Source of the DNA: a virus
DNA length: 64,000 nucleotides
Virus record (IMG/VR): IMGVR_UViG_3300023202_000336
Location: 32,001 to 96,000 of that record
Strand: one strand, 5' to 3'
Shown one piece after another: positions 19,614-28,635 of this stretch (its first letter is position 1; each line of letters starts with the position of its first letter). The notes under the pieces were generated by a model that was not told the origin of the DNA, did not search any database, and was given only the letters and a program-made list of their open reading frames with translations. A program made the position numbers and the translations under genes.

Positions 19614-21271
19614 GGCTTGGGAAGTTCGCCTTTGGTAAGTCCGCTCAGTACCAGGGCGCACCGGTAGGTGGCGCTGGGATGATGTGGAACCCGATGGGGA
19701 TGTTGCAGCAAGCTCATCAGCAGCGTTTGCAGCACGGGCAGCGCTCCTCGGATTTCGCATATGGACCTCCCGCAGCGCCTGGATTCGTGACAGGGCAGCA
19801 GGCGGCGGTAGGAGGCGCCCAGGCGGTAGCTGGTTCAATCGGCGCGCTGATTATGGGCGTCGCGATGCCTTACATTCAGTCTGTCGCAGGCGAGGCCGGC
19901 GTTGACCTTCATCAGCCGTATCAGATCGCTTACGGGGCGAATCCGGCCGATGCTCGAGAGATCGCACGAGTCACGGGTCAGGTCATGCAGCGTCAGTTCG
20001 AGACGACCGGTGCGAGTGTTCAGGGCCTCATTTCAACGTTGGACGAGCAGGTTGAGAAGAATTTTGGTATCGAGCTTCCTCTTGAGGAGATCCGCCATCT
20101 TCCCGCCGGAGCTGTTGGAAACTTCGTTCAGCAGCTTTCTATGTTCGTTCCCGAGATTCAGACGGTTCTTTCGACGATGGATCCTCGTTATATTTCTGAC
20201 CTCTCACCGATGGTGAAGGCGACTTACGTCGCAAATAATGGTGAGTTCGATCCAAACGTATTTAGAAACGTCGTTCAGGATTTTCAGCAGTCCTACAATA
20301 AAGGGCAGTTCAGAGGAGTCCCTGCCCAGATCGCGATGCATGCGGTACAGTATGCGAAAGAGCGAGGCGGTCCTGGCGCGGGAATGCGGGAAGCGGTAAA
20401 CGCTGCGCAGTCTGCGAACGCATTCGTTCAGGCGGGACTTGCGCCGAGCTTCGGAGAGGCGCTCACGCTTGTAAACGAGGTTGATCCAACTGGTGGCCTC
20501 ATAAATCCGACGAGAGCGATTCGTTACGCATCCCAGCTGAACGAGATGGCGAAACGCGGATTCGTCGATCGGAAGCATATCTTCGAAGCCGCCCGTGTCG
20601 CTCGGCAGCAGGGTCTCCCAATTAGGGCGGCGATGACGGCAGTCGCTGGCGGCGGCCGTGCACGAACGATGGTGCGTGGACCTCGTGGAAGTGAGCTCGC
20701 GGAGACCGCGGCGAGTACGATGGCCCGCATGGGCGAGTCTGACACGATGCGGCTACTCGCGGCAGCGCACCAGCAGAGCCCGAGGGCACGGGGCCTCATT
20801 GAGCGGGCGCTCGAGACGGGCGATAACCGCCTCCTGGACCGCGTTATACAGAAGGCCCAGCAAAGCCCTCGTCTGATGGCCTCGAAGACTCATGTCGACC
20901 CTTCATACCTGATCAACCGGATGGATCCGAATATGATGCGCGGTCAGGTCATGTCAGATGTGCGGCGATTCGCTGCGCAGACTGGCAGCCGCGACCTTCA
21001 GCGGCTCGTGAACCGCCCCGAGGAGCTTCAGAGACGTCTTCGCACGCACGATTTCACTGGTCTTGATCCGCAGGCGGTTCGGTACTTGAGTGAAGGCGGC
21101 CCGACTGGCGGCCGTCTCGGTGCAGCTGCGATGACGTTCGCAGACCCGTTCGGCACCGAGTCTGACCTCTCGAGGTACCATAAGCCTCCGAAGCGGCTTG
21201 GTCTCCCGTTCCCGGAGATGAAGCCGAGCGGCCCTCCCGTGACACAGCGTTTCGATCCGGTCGAACGGTGA
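19610..21271 (+). CDS. Ala/Gly/Gln-rich helical protein (candidate ejection or tape-measure-like)
   Basis: Start set at ATG 19610 (ATGA overlap). 553 aa, hydrophobic AVGGAQAVAGSIGALIMGV segment; no Cys. Confidence 0.72.
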   Translation: MRLGKFAFGKSAQYQGAPVGGAGMMWNPMGMLQQAHQQRLQHGQRSSDFAYGPPAAPGFVTGQQAAVGGAQAVAGSIGALIMGVAMPYIQSVAGEAGVDLHQPYQIAYGANPADAREIARVTGQVMQRQFETTGASVQGLISTLDEQVEKNFGIELPLEEIRHLPAGAVGNFVQQLSMFVPEIQTVLSTMDPRYISDLSPMVKATYVANNGEFDPNVFRNVVQDFQQSYNKGQFRGVPAQIAMHAVQYAKERGGPGAGMREAVNAAQSANAFVQAGLAPSFGEALTLVNEVDPTGGLINPTRAIRYASQLNEMAKRGFVDRKHIFEAARVARQQGLPIRAAMTAVAGGGRARTMVRGPRGSELAETAASTMARMGESDTMRLLAAAHQQSPRARGLIERALETGDNRLLDRVIQKAQQSPRLMASKTHVDPSYLINRMDPNMMRGQVMSDVRRFAAQTGSRDLQRLVNRPEELQRRLRTHDFTGLDPQAVRYLSEGGPTGGRLGAAAMTFADPFGTESDLSRYHKPPKRLGLPFPEMKPSGPPVTQRFDPVER

Positions 21272-21502
21272 ATGCGCATTCACAATGAGGAACGGTTGAT
21301 GATCGTCCGTATCGTCCATGAGAACGGGAAAATCTATGATATGCCGGTCTCCCAGGTCTCGGTACATACTGAGAACGGCGACCCGTGTATGCTCGCTTAC
21401 GAGCACGCAAATCTGATAGTTTGTTCCCATGTGAACGAAAAGGACTTTGAACGGCAGTGTGCGCAGCTGAAAATCGACCGCATCGAGGTGCCCCATGCCT
21501 GA
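21272..21502 (+). CDS. Small hypothetical protein
   Basis: 76-aa ORF abutting both neighbours; start uncertain. Confidence 0.55.
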   Translation: MRIHNEERLMIVRIVHENGKIYDMPVSQVSVHTENGDPCMLAYEHANLIVCSHVNEKDFERQCAQLKIDRIEVPHA

Positions 21503-21809
21503 CTGTGCGGTAGAGCAAGAAGCAATCGAGCGTCTCAGGTCATTAACCTGTGATGCGATGATGCATTATTTCGAAACTTTCGATGAGTATCCGACGCATC
21601 TGTACGTGAATACTGGGTCTGATGCTGAGAGGATCGTGAGATCAGCGCTTGAGAGGGTCGGTACCACCGAATTTCTTTTTGCGTTGACGGTTGTTCTCCG
21701 GAAGTTCTCTTTCGGGAAATCTGATCTTTTCGTCGGTGAGGACCGGTACGCCTCGGATATGCGGCGCTGCGCGGTGTTGAGCTATCGAAATTACAGTTCA
21801 GGCTCGTGA
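21495..21809 (+). CDS. Small hypothetical protein
   Basis: 104-aa ORF, overlaps the upstream stop. Confidence 0.55.
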   Translation: MPDCAVEQEAIERLRSLTCDAMMHYFETFDEYPTHLYVNTGSDAERIVRSALERVGTTEFLFALTVVLRKFSFGKSDLFVGEDRYASDMRRCAVLSYRNYSSGS

Positions 21810-21812
21810 GAC

Positions 21813-23687
21813 ATGGCTGATATCACGACTGTTGGTACGATTCTTATTAATGACGCGCTGCCTGAGGATATGCGTAAGAAGGAGCATCGTCTCGATAAAA
21901 AAGGTGTTCACGAGCTGTTTATGGAGCTCGCGAAGAAACATCCGGAGAAATACAGCGCGGTTCTGCAAGAACTTTCGAATGTAGGAAAAACGGCTGCATG
22001 GACCGAGGGGCTGAGCGTGAGTCTCGCGGCGCTTCGTAAATCGAAAGCGAAAGAAGCGATATTGCAGCCGGTCAGAGAGAGAATCAGAGCGATCGTCGAT
22101 GACGATGATCTCAATGATGAAGAGCGAAACGAAGCTATTATTAACGAGCTTATGAAGGTTTCGAACGATCTGACGGAGGCCATTTACGAAGAGTCGAAAG
22201 CGGAGGGATCGCCTTTCGCAGTTCAGATCGAAAGCGGTGCGCGTGGAAAGAAGTCGAATCTCGCAAGTCTCCGAGGGGCCGATTTACTCGCGACTGACCA
22301 AAACGATAACTTCATTCCTGTTCCGATATGGAACTCATATGCCGAAGGGCTCACTCCGGCGCAATATTTTGCTGCGAGTTACGGGCAGCGGAAAGGTATG
22401 CTGAATACGAAGCTCGCGACGGCAGATGCTGGATTCCTCTCCAAACAGCTCGTGAACGCTGCACATCGGCAGGTTGTTACGAGGGACGAGCCTGAGGCGA
22501 CGCGCCTTCCAGTGGGCCTTCCGACGAGGACGGACGATAAAGATAACATTGGAGCCGTTCTCGCCCAGGACGTCGGTAAGTATACAGCTGGAACCGTTCT
22601 CGACGATGAGACGCTCGAAGACCTCCAGGACGAAGGTATCGAGGACATTCTCGTGCATTCGATCATGACCGAGCCGTCTGCGGACGGGGGCGTGAGTGCA
22701 CAAGCGGCAGGACATCGTACCCGTGAAGGACTTCATCAGCTGGGGGACAATATCGGTATCCCTGCCGCGCAAGCGGTTGGCGAACGATTGAGCCAGGGAT
22801 CTTTATCGGCGAAGCACTCCGCTGGAGTTTCAGATCGTGTCAGTAAATCTGGGTTCGAGTACATCAATCGCCTCATCCAGGCTCCCGAGAGCTTTCCCGA
22901 GGCAGGACCGCTCGCGGAAGAAGATGGCTTGGTCGAAGACGTCCGTGAAGCTCCGCAGGGTGGTAACTATATCCGCGTGAAGAAGCGCGAGTATTACATC
23001 CCTCCGGGCTTGAACGTGACGGTCAAGGTCGGCGACGAGGTAGAGCAGGGTGATGACCTCAGCGATGGGACGCCGCACCCAGGAGATCTGGTTCGCCTTC
23101 GCGGGATCGGCGAAGCGAGGCGGGTTTACATGCAGAACCTCAAGGAGGCGCTCGATGCCTCGGGAGTCGACGCACATCGACGCAACGTTGAGGCTGTTAC
23201 GGCCGGGCTGATAAATTGGGCACGTGTGACCGACCCTGACGGCATCGATCAGCACATTTACGATGACGTAGTTCCTTTCAACAACTTGGCTTACAGCTAT
23301 AAGCCTCGTGCTGACGCTGAAGAACTCGAACCGAAGAAGCTCGTAGGACGTTACCTGGAGGAGCCGGTCCTCCATTATACGCCAGGAACACGGGTGACCC
23401 GGAAGATCGCGAAGGATCTCGAGAAGTGGAAGATCAAGAAGGCGTTCGGTCACCAGGATCCGCCCGAATTCGAGCCCCACATGGTCCGCGGTCTTCACAG
23501 TATTTTCCACGATCCGGACTGGAGGACCCGTCTTTCAGGCTTTTATACTGCTTCGGCCTTCCAGAAATCACTTCACCGAGGGCGCGAATCTGATGTCCAG
23601 AGCACGAGTTACGTCCCGTCTCTGACGACACCGCAGGTGCTCGGCCGGCAGCTGAAGACGCTTGGCAAGTACGGTCAGCAGAGATAG
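21813..23687 (+). CDS. rpoC: RNA polymerase beta-prime subunit, C-terminal half
   Basis: ESGARG; bridge helix YGQRKGMLNTKLATADAGFLSKQL; GDNIGIPAAQAVGE; trigger loop LSQGSLSAKH; SBHM-like VKVGDEVEQGDDLSDG. Confidence 0.93.
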   Translation: MADITTVGTILINDALPEDMRKKEHRLDKKGVHELFMELAKKHPEKYSAVLQELSNVGKTAAWTEGLSVSLAALRKSKAKEAILQPVRERIRAIVDDDDLNDEERNEAIINELMKVSNDLTEAIYEESKAEGSPFAVQIESGARGKKSNLASLRGADLLATDQNDNFIPVPIWNSYAEGLTPAQYFAASYGQRKGMLNTKLATADAGFLSKQLVNAAHRQVVTRDEPEATRLPVGLPTRTDDKDNIGAVLAQDVGKYTAGTVLDDETLEDLQDEGIEDILVHSIMTEPSADGGVSAQAAGHRTREGLHQLGDNIGIPAAQAVGERLSQGSLSAKHSAGVSDRVSKSGFEYINRLIQAPESFPEAGPLAEEDGLVEDVREAPQGGNYIRVKKREYYIPPGLNVTVKVGDEVEQGDDLSDGTPHPGDLVRLRGIGEARRVYMQNLKEALDASGVDAHRRNVEAVTAGLINWARVTDPDGIDQHIYDDVVPFNNLAYSYKPRADAEELEPKKLVGRYLEEPVLHYTPGTRVTRKIAKDLEKWKIKKAFGHQDPPEFEPHMVRGLHSIFHDPDWRTRLSGFYTASAFQKSLHRGRESDVQSTSYVPSLTTPQVLGRQLKTLGKYGQQR

Positions 23688-23711
23688 ACTTTCTGAAACG
23701 GTAGGATCACT

Positions 23712-26015
23712 ATGCCCAACACGAGTGAGACGGCTCTCGAGAAGACCTTTTCCGACCTGGCGTATTCACATCTCCGGGACCAGAGCCAATCGCTTCTGGA
23801 TTATCTGGTCGGATTCCAGCTTCTGAAGTCCGAGGACGACGGTGAGCGCGCGGTCGGGATTTTCGGTTTCGAGGTCGATAACGACTATTACTACGCCCCG
23901 ATCTTCTTCCTGAACGGAGAGATTCGTGGGCTCGATACGCTTTATTCGGTGAAATCGGATCTCTTTATGCCGATTACCGAGGGCTGGGTCAATCACGTGA
24001 TCAATCGTCGGCAGGCGAATCTCGGCGATTCTGACCGCCGTGACCGTCGTGCTCGTGGCATCAACTACCCGAACTACACCCGATTGAAGATCATTCCCGG
24101 CGGGTCTGGCTCGGTGAATCTGAAGTTGGCGTCTGAGCAGCGTGAGGCGATGATCACGGCGATGACTTCGGAGCGTGAGATCCCGAGACTCAACCTGATT
24201 CAGGGCCTCAAGGAGGCCGGTGCGACCGAGTTCTTCAAGGAGGCGATGGAGCGTCATCCGAGAATGCTGGAGGCGTTCAATCAGTTCTACAATGTTTTCG
24301 ATCTCGAGCCTCAGCGGAAGCAGGCGGCCGAGGAGAAAGATCTTCCCGAGCCGGTGACGATCATTACGTCGATGACGGACGAGGGGGTCGATCAGCTGAC
24401 CGACGAGCAGCGTGAGACGCTTCTTGAAGGCGGCGAGGTTGCGATCGATAACCGTCCGGAAGTCTCTCGTTCGATCCTGTACAAGAAGGAAATCAAGCAG
24501 GTACTCGAGAACCCGACTAAGGGCGGCCTCTACGATGTCCTGTGGTACGATGGTTCGGTCTATCCGGCGCTGATCGCCCCGACCGGATCGTCGAAGAATG
24601 AGGTCACGGTCTATTGCCCTGAATTCGATATGCATTGCGAGATCGACAGTCGCTGTGTGTTCATCGCCCGTCGTTACGGCGATGAAGAGTTGCGCCGCTG
24701 GCTCGAGGATAACGCGGTGCCTGCGAGCGAGGCCCGCCCTGGGCAGTCCGGTATTTTCGTGAGCACCGAAGGCGAAGGGACTGGCGCTTTCTGTATCGAG
24801 GGGGCGACCCAGGGCGTCGACGGTTTGACGATTTACATCGTGCATGACACCTATGAGATGAGGGCGCTCGACGGCCATAGCGGACTGAACGTGATAGGTG
24901 GAGCTTCGCGCGGCAATAACGGAAATCCGACGCCGAATATGTATAAGGAACTGTCTTTCGGCGGAAGCGGGATGCATCACATGATCCCCGGGTTTTCGAA
25001 TCGCCCGGCGGAGGACCCGAACTGCCGCGTCAGTTCGATTATCGTCGCTCCCGAAGGCGGGTCGAATCCTCGGTACTCGAAGGACAAGTGCATCGTCAAT
25101 GACAAACACTTCTACTTCTTGAAGCTGAACAACTTCACGCTTCGTAAGCCTGAGTACGATGACCTTAATACGGCTCGGAGAGAGGAAGAGAAGTACAACG
25201 CGCCGAAGTACGACGTTGTCTTGAGCAAGACCGATTTCGGAAACTACGATACGCTTGCTGAAGGCCTCGATAAGGTTGCGGGCGACCTCAAGTCGTGGAA
25301 CGACGGAGATCAGATCGTGATCGACAGTGAGATCGGTCGTTACTCGATGAACAAGACTGCCGCCTTCAGACACCTGATGGTCGATCAGGGGCTTGGAGAA
25401 GATGACGCGAAGTTGGTGCTCAAGGAAGCCTCGCGTCAGCCGAGTACCTACAAGATCAAGAAGGTCGCAGCGTCCGAGACCCAGCTTCTTCAGCTTCCTG
25501 ATGTCGATGATACCGATGTTGGAGGGCTGCTCTCGTCGTTCCATCGGACACAGGTCCCGTATGCCACGGCGAATCAGGCTCAGACGATCGATAACCGTGA
25601 GTTCTATCGCTACTACTCTCCGTACGGGAGTGGTGGAGCGCCGGATAATGAGACGGACACGTTCTCCGTTCTTGAAGAGGCCGGAAAGACGGGTCAGAAG
25701 GATGTCTTCGATGCAGCGGCGCTTGCGTCGTTGATCAAGAATCATAACCCGACCGATCTCGTCGATCGGTTCCTTCCGACGATCGTTTCCGGGATGGACC
25801 GTATCGGCCGGATGCTGTTCCTGATCTACTGGCACTACGAGGACTTTGAAGAGCGCTACGGGGAGAACGACCTCAGCGAGCTGATCGATAATCTCCGTTC
25901 CGTCTTCGAGCAGCTGGGAGATGTGATCATCTCGGCGAAGAAACGGACGCTTTCTGGCGATCCCGAACATTACGGAATGGAAGCAGCTCCGCTTCTTGAA
26001 GGCGGAATGTCGTGA
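23712..26015 (+). CDS. Multidomain hypothetical protein (767 aa), candidate inner-head protein
   Basis: Long ORF with domains separated by KLAS, KQAA, KVAG, KTAA and KVAA motifs. Confidence 0.78.
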   Translation: MPNTSETALEKTFSDLAYSHLRDQSQSLLDYLVGFQLLKSEDDGERAVGIFGFEVDNDYYYAPIFFLNGEIRGLDTLYSVKSDLFMPITEGWVNHVINRRQANLGDSDRRDRRARGINYPNYTRLKIIPGGSGSVNLKLASEQREAMITAMTSEREIPRLNLIQGLKEAGATEFFKEAMERHPRMLEAFNQFYNVFDLEPQRKQAAEEKDLPEPVTIITSMTDEGVDQLTDEQRETLLEGGEVAIDNRPEVSRSILYKKEIKQVLENPTKGGLYDVLWYDGSVYPALIAPTGSSKNEVTVYCPEFDMHCEIDSRCVFIARRYGDEELRRWLEDNAVPASEARPGQSGIFVSTEGEGTGAFCIEGATQGVDGLTIYIVHDTYEMRALDGHSGLNVIGGASRGNNGNPTPNMYKELSFGGSGMHHMIPGFSNRPAEDPNCRVSSIIVAPEGGSNPRYSKDKCIVNDKHFYFLKLNNFTLRKPEYDDLNTARREEEKYNAPKYDVVLSKTDFGNYDTLAEGLDKVAGDLKSWNDGDQIVIDSEIGRYSMNKTAAFRHLMVDQGLGEDDAKLVLKEASRQPSTYKIKKVAASETQLLQLPDVDDTDVGGLLSSFHRTQVPYATANQAQTIDNREFYRYYSPYGSGGAPDNETDTFSVLEEAGKTGQKDVFDAAALASLIKNHNPTDLVDRFLPTIVSGMDRIGRMLFLIYWHYEDFEERYGENDLSELIDNLRSVFEQLGDVIISAKKRTLSGDPEHYGMEAAPLLEGGMS

Positions 26016-26026
26016 AATAGGAACCT

Positions 26027-26248
26027 ATGCGCAAGGAAAACGCAGCTCAGATACTCAGGCGGATCTTTGAGAAGAACGCTGAAGGGGAAGGAGGCCCTCC
26101 GTTGAGGACCGACTCCGGGTATGATTACGGGACCGTCTCTTCGGCTGTCCAGAAGGAATCACCGCAGCAGGGCGAGCGCGGGTTGATGAACAGCTCGAAA
26201 ACTGCTTCGATCCTTTCGAAGACTTTTCATAAGCTCGCAAATCGATAA
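26027..26248 (+). CDS. Small K-x-A-motif protein
   Basis: 73 aa, AGGA RBS; KNAE, KTAS, KLAN. Confidence 0.6.
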   Translation: MRKENAAQILRRIFEKNAEGEGGPPLRTDSGYDYGTVSSAVQKESPQQGERGLMNSSKTASILSKTFHKLANR

Positions 26249-26277
26249 CCTCATAAAACCTTACAGGGAGTAGATTC

Positions 26278-26469
26278 ATGGCTTTGACCAAGAAGGCGGC
26301 TGCTGAGAAGCTGGCGCAGGATGCTCAGAACGATCGCGAGAACGCGTTCGAGTTCGGGTTCTACAAGATCGCGCAGGATCTCGGCCTCAGCGAGGACGAG
26401 TACTCGAACTTCTATCAGGCAGGACTCGACAAGTTCGCGACCGCGTACGAGCAGGAAAACAGTAAGTAA
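26278..26469 (+). CDS. Small K-x-A-motif protein
   Basis: 63 aa, GGGAG RBS; KKAAAEKLAQ; FEFGF segment resembles FRFGF in the 11146 gene. Confidence 0.65.
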   Translation: MALTKKAAAEKLAQDAQNDRENAFEFGFYKIAQDLGLSEDEYSNFYQAGLDKFATAYEQENSK

Positions 26470-26473
26470 TTCG

Positions 26474-27265
26474 ATGCTGATAGCGCCGAGCCGCCCTGAC
26501 TGGCGTTGGGCGCGAGTTGCCGAGCTTTCTCAGTATTCGGATACGCGAGCCCTCGCTCGTCTTTCGAAAGACGATCAGCAGACGCAACGTGCGTTTCGCT
26601 TCAAGCGTGCTTTCGACCGTGGTGCCGGTGACGAGTATCCAGAACTACTCGCAGCGCACGATGTTTTCGTCGAAGACCAGGACCGCCGCGGGATTCTCGA
26701 AGGGTTTCTGCTGACAGGGGCTTCGAACGAGGAGATTAGCGAGCATAACTGGGTCGACCCGAAAGTTGTTCAGGACTATCACGATATCTTCTTTGATGTC
26801 CGAGAAGGCCTGAAACACCCGGGATGGATCTGCTCAGCGGTCTTCAACGGGATGCCGCATAAAGGTGCGCACGCCGGTGATAAGATCGGGATGGCACATC
26901 GTTTCGCTTGGTTCGGCGGATTCGACCTCTTCAAGCGGATGGTGGTACAGGGGCTTGCCCCCGCTGAGACTCACGAGGTGCTTAGGAGCATCACTCGGGA
27001 CGTGCTCATGAAGAACTCGGTCGAATCGGCGCTGAGCTATGGGAGTCGCGGCGATATCGCTCACGAGTACATGCGGATGGCCTTTAACAAGGATAACTTC
27101 GAAGACGATGACGCGAAATCGATGGATACCGATTACGAGAAGGCAGTCGACGCGTTCTTTACAGGGATCGGTATCTCCGTTGCGGATGCAACTGATTCGC
27201 GTAATTTGGAAGCACCGAAACAAGAGCCCCGCGAGGCCGATTACGAGGTAGTCAAAGATGGCTGA
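26474..27265 (+). CDS. Hypothetical protein with HTH-like segment
   Basis: Start moved to ATG 26474. ILEGFLLTGASNEEISEHNWVDPKVVQDYHDIFFDV looks helix-turn-helix-like. Confidence 0.65.
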   Translation: MLIAPSRPDWRWARVAELSQYSDTRALARLSKDDQQTQRAFRFKRAFDRGAGDEYPELLAAHDVFVEDQDRRGILEGFLLTGASNEEISEHNWVDPKVVQDYHDIFFDVREGLKHPGWICSAVFNGMPHKGAHAGDKIGMAHRFAWFGGFDLFKRMVVQGLAPAETHEVLRSITRDVLMKNSVESALSYGSRGDIAHEYMRMAFNKDNFEDDDAKSMDTDYEKAVDAFFTGIGISVADATDSRNLEAPKQEPREADYEVVKDG

Positions 27266-28634
27266 TAATCTTATGAGCGACCAGCGGCATACTGAACTGA
27301 TGAAGGCAGCTGAAGCCTGCATCGGTCTGATGAACGTTGGTGTTCGCCCGAATCCGGCGCTTGCGAAGATCGCTGACGATCATCATATGAACGAGAAGGA
27401 AGTCTCGTTGGTCAGTCATGCGGTGAATAACTCGAAGCAGCTGGCGCACCTTCAGACGACTTCTCCCGAGAAGAGAGAAGAGGAGTTTCCGATTACCGAC
27501 GCCGAAGAGGTGAAGGTGATTCGGACGCAGCCTTTGACGAATGCTGAGGACGACCCAGGTGATCGGTACGGGCCTCAGGACGAGAAGGGTGAGACGACTA
27601 AACAGAAGTATCATGAGAATGATGCGCTCGATATCAAGGAGGAGCTGGATAAGGAAGCTGCCGCCTCTTATAGCGAGAACTCGGACTTCCGCCTTCAGCC
27701 GTCCCAGCCTGATGCCGTTTCGACGCTGAGATCAGCTTGGGGCCTCGAGAAGGGGGTTCCGAAGCTCGCTGAGTACGAGGATCCCAACCCGTTTGCGAAG
27801 CTCGACTACTATCGGATTGGTGTGGAAGAGGCGCGACTCAAGTACGCCGCTGCACGTGATCAGGCCATTTCAGCGATTAATTCGCTTTCGGAGAGCTTTC
27901 GTCGAGTCGATGCGCCGCGTTTCGCTGAGTTCGAGAAAGCGGCGGCTGCAACCGGCGTGTCCCGGCGGACGCTCGATTTCATCTACGAAGCCGGTCGTCT
28001 CGAGAAGTTCGGGGAAGAGCGTGCCGATTTGACCCAGAAGCTGGCGTCGCCGCTCTATATTACTTCGAAGACGAATGAGTATGTTCAGAAGAGTGTATGC
28101 GCGGACAATTTTCTCAAAGAAGCGATCGACGCGTCAGCGGCGCTAAGTGTAATCAAGAAGAGGGCTGAAGCTGCTTCTCCGAAGATCGCTGGAGATACTC
28201 CGACCGGAGTTCCTGGTGACATCTTCAAGATCGACCTCGACCCGCAGCCTGCGGAAGAGGCTCTCTCGAGAGCTCCGTCTGAGTTTCTCGGTCTCGGAGA
28301 GGACCCGGTTGAGGGGATCCGTGGTATCGCTGGGATAGGTGAAGCTGAAAAAGATAAGAAAGAGCCTCGTCTTTCGCAGGAAGCGACGCAGGAGATGGCA
28401 AACTTCGAGGCTCGTGCCGTGCTCGAAGAGTTGATGGAAGACCCAGTGGTCGGCGGGTATAGCATGCCGGAAGTGGTTGAAGCCTATAACGCCGCGATGT
28501 CGGTGAATCCGAACTTTGGAAAGGCGGCGTTGACGAGCTACATGCGTCAGCATCTGGCCACCGAAGGCGCGGTTCCGCTCGATCTCCAGCTGAGAGCTTC
28601 TCCGCGCACGCCTGCTGGGGTGGGAGGAGACTAA
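27258..28634 (+). CDS. Hypothetical helical head-region protein
   Basis: 458-aa ORF, coupled to neighbours; KAAE, KEAAAS, KLAS motifs. Confidence 0.75.
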   Translation: MADNLMSDQRHTELMKAAEACIGLMNVGVRPNPALAKIADDHHMNEKEVSLVSHAVNNSKQLAHLQTTSPEKREEEFPITDAEEVKVIRTQPLTNAEDDPGDRYGPQDEKGETTKQKYHENDALDIKEELDKEAAASYSENSDFRLQPSQPDAVSTLRSAWGLEKGVPKLAEYEDPNPFAKLDYYRIGVEEARLKYAAARDQAISAINSLSESFRRVDAPRFAEFEKAAAATGVSRRTLDFIYEAGRLEKFGEERADLTQKLASPLYITSKTNEYVQKSVCADNFLKEAIDASAALSVIKKRAEAASPKIAGDTPTGVPGDIFKIDLDPQPAEEALSRAPSEFLGLGEDPVEGIRGIAGIGEAEKDKKEPRLSQEATQEMANFEARAVLEELMEDPVVGGYSMPEVVEAYNAAMSVNPNFGKAALTSYMRQHLATEGAVPLDLQLRASPRTPAGVGGD

Positions 28635-28635
28635 C

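Noticed and set aside
13019-23687. Host chromosomal rpoB/rpoC locus
   Set aside because: No ribosomal-protein context, highly diverged motifs, missing Zn sites and a non-cellular split, flanked by virion genes.
23766-25970. Long minus-strand ORFs (734 aa here; also 31531-33534, 47755-49365, 57613-58992, 5276-6670)
   Set aside because: They shadow well-supported plus-strand genes, have no recognisable motifs, and are expected from GC-rich codon bias.
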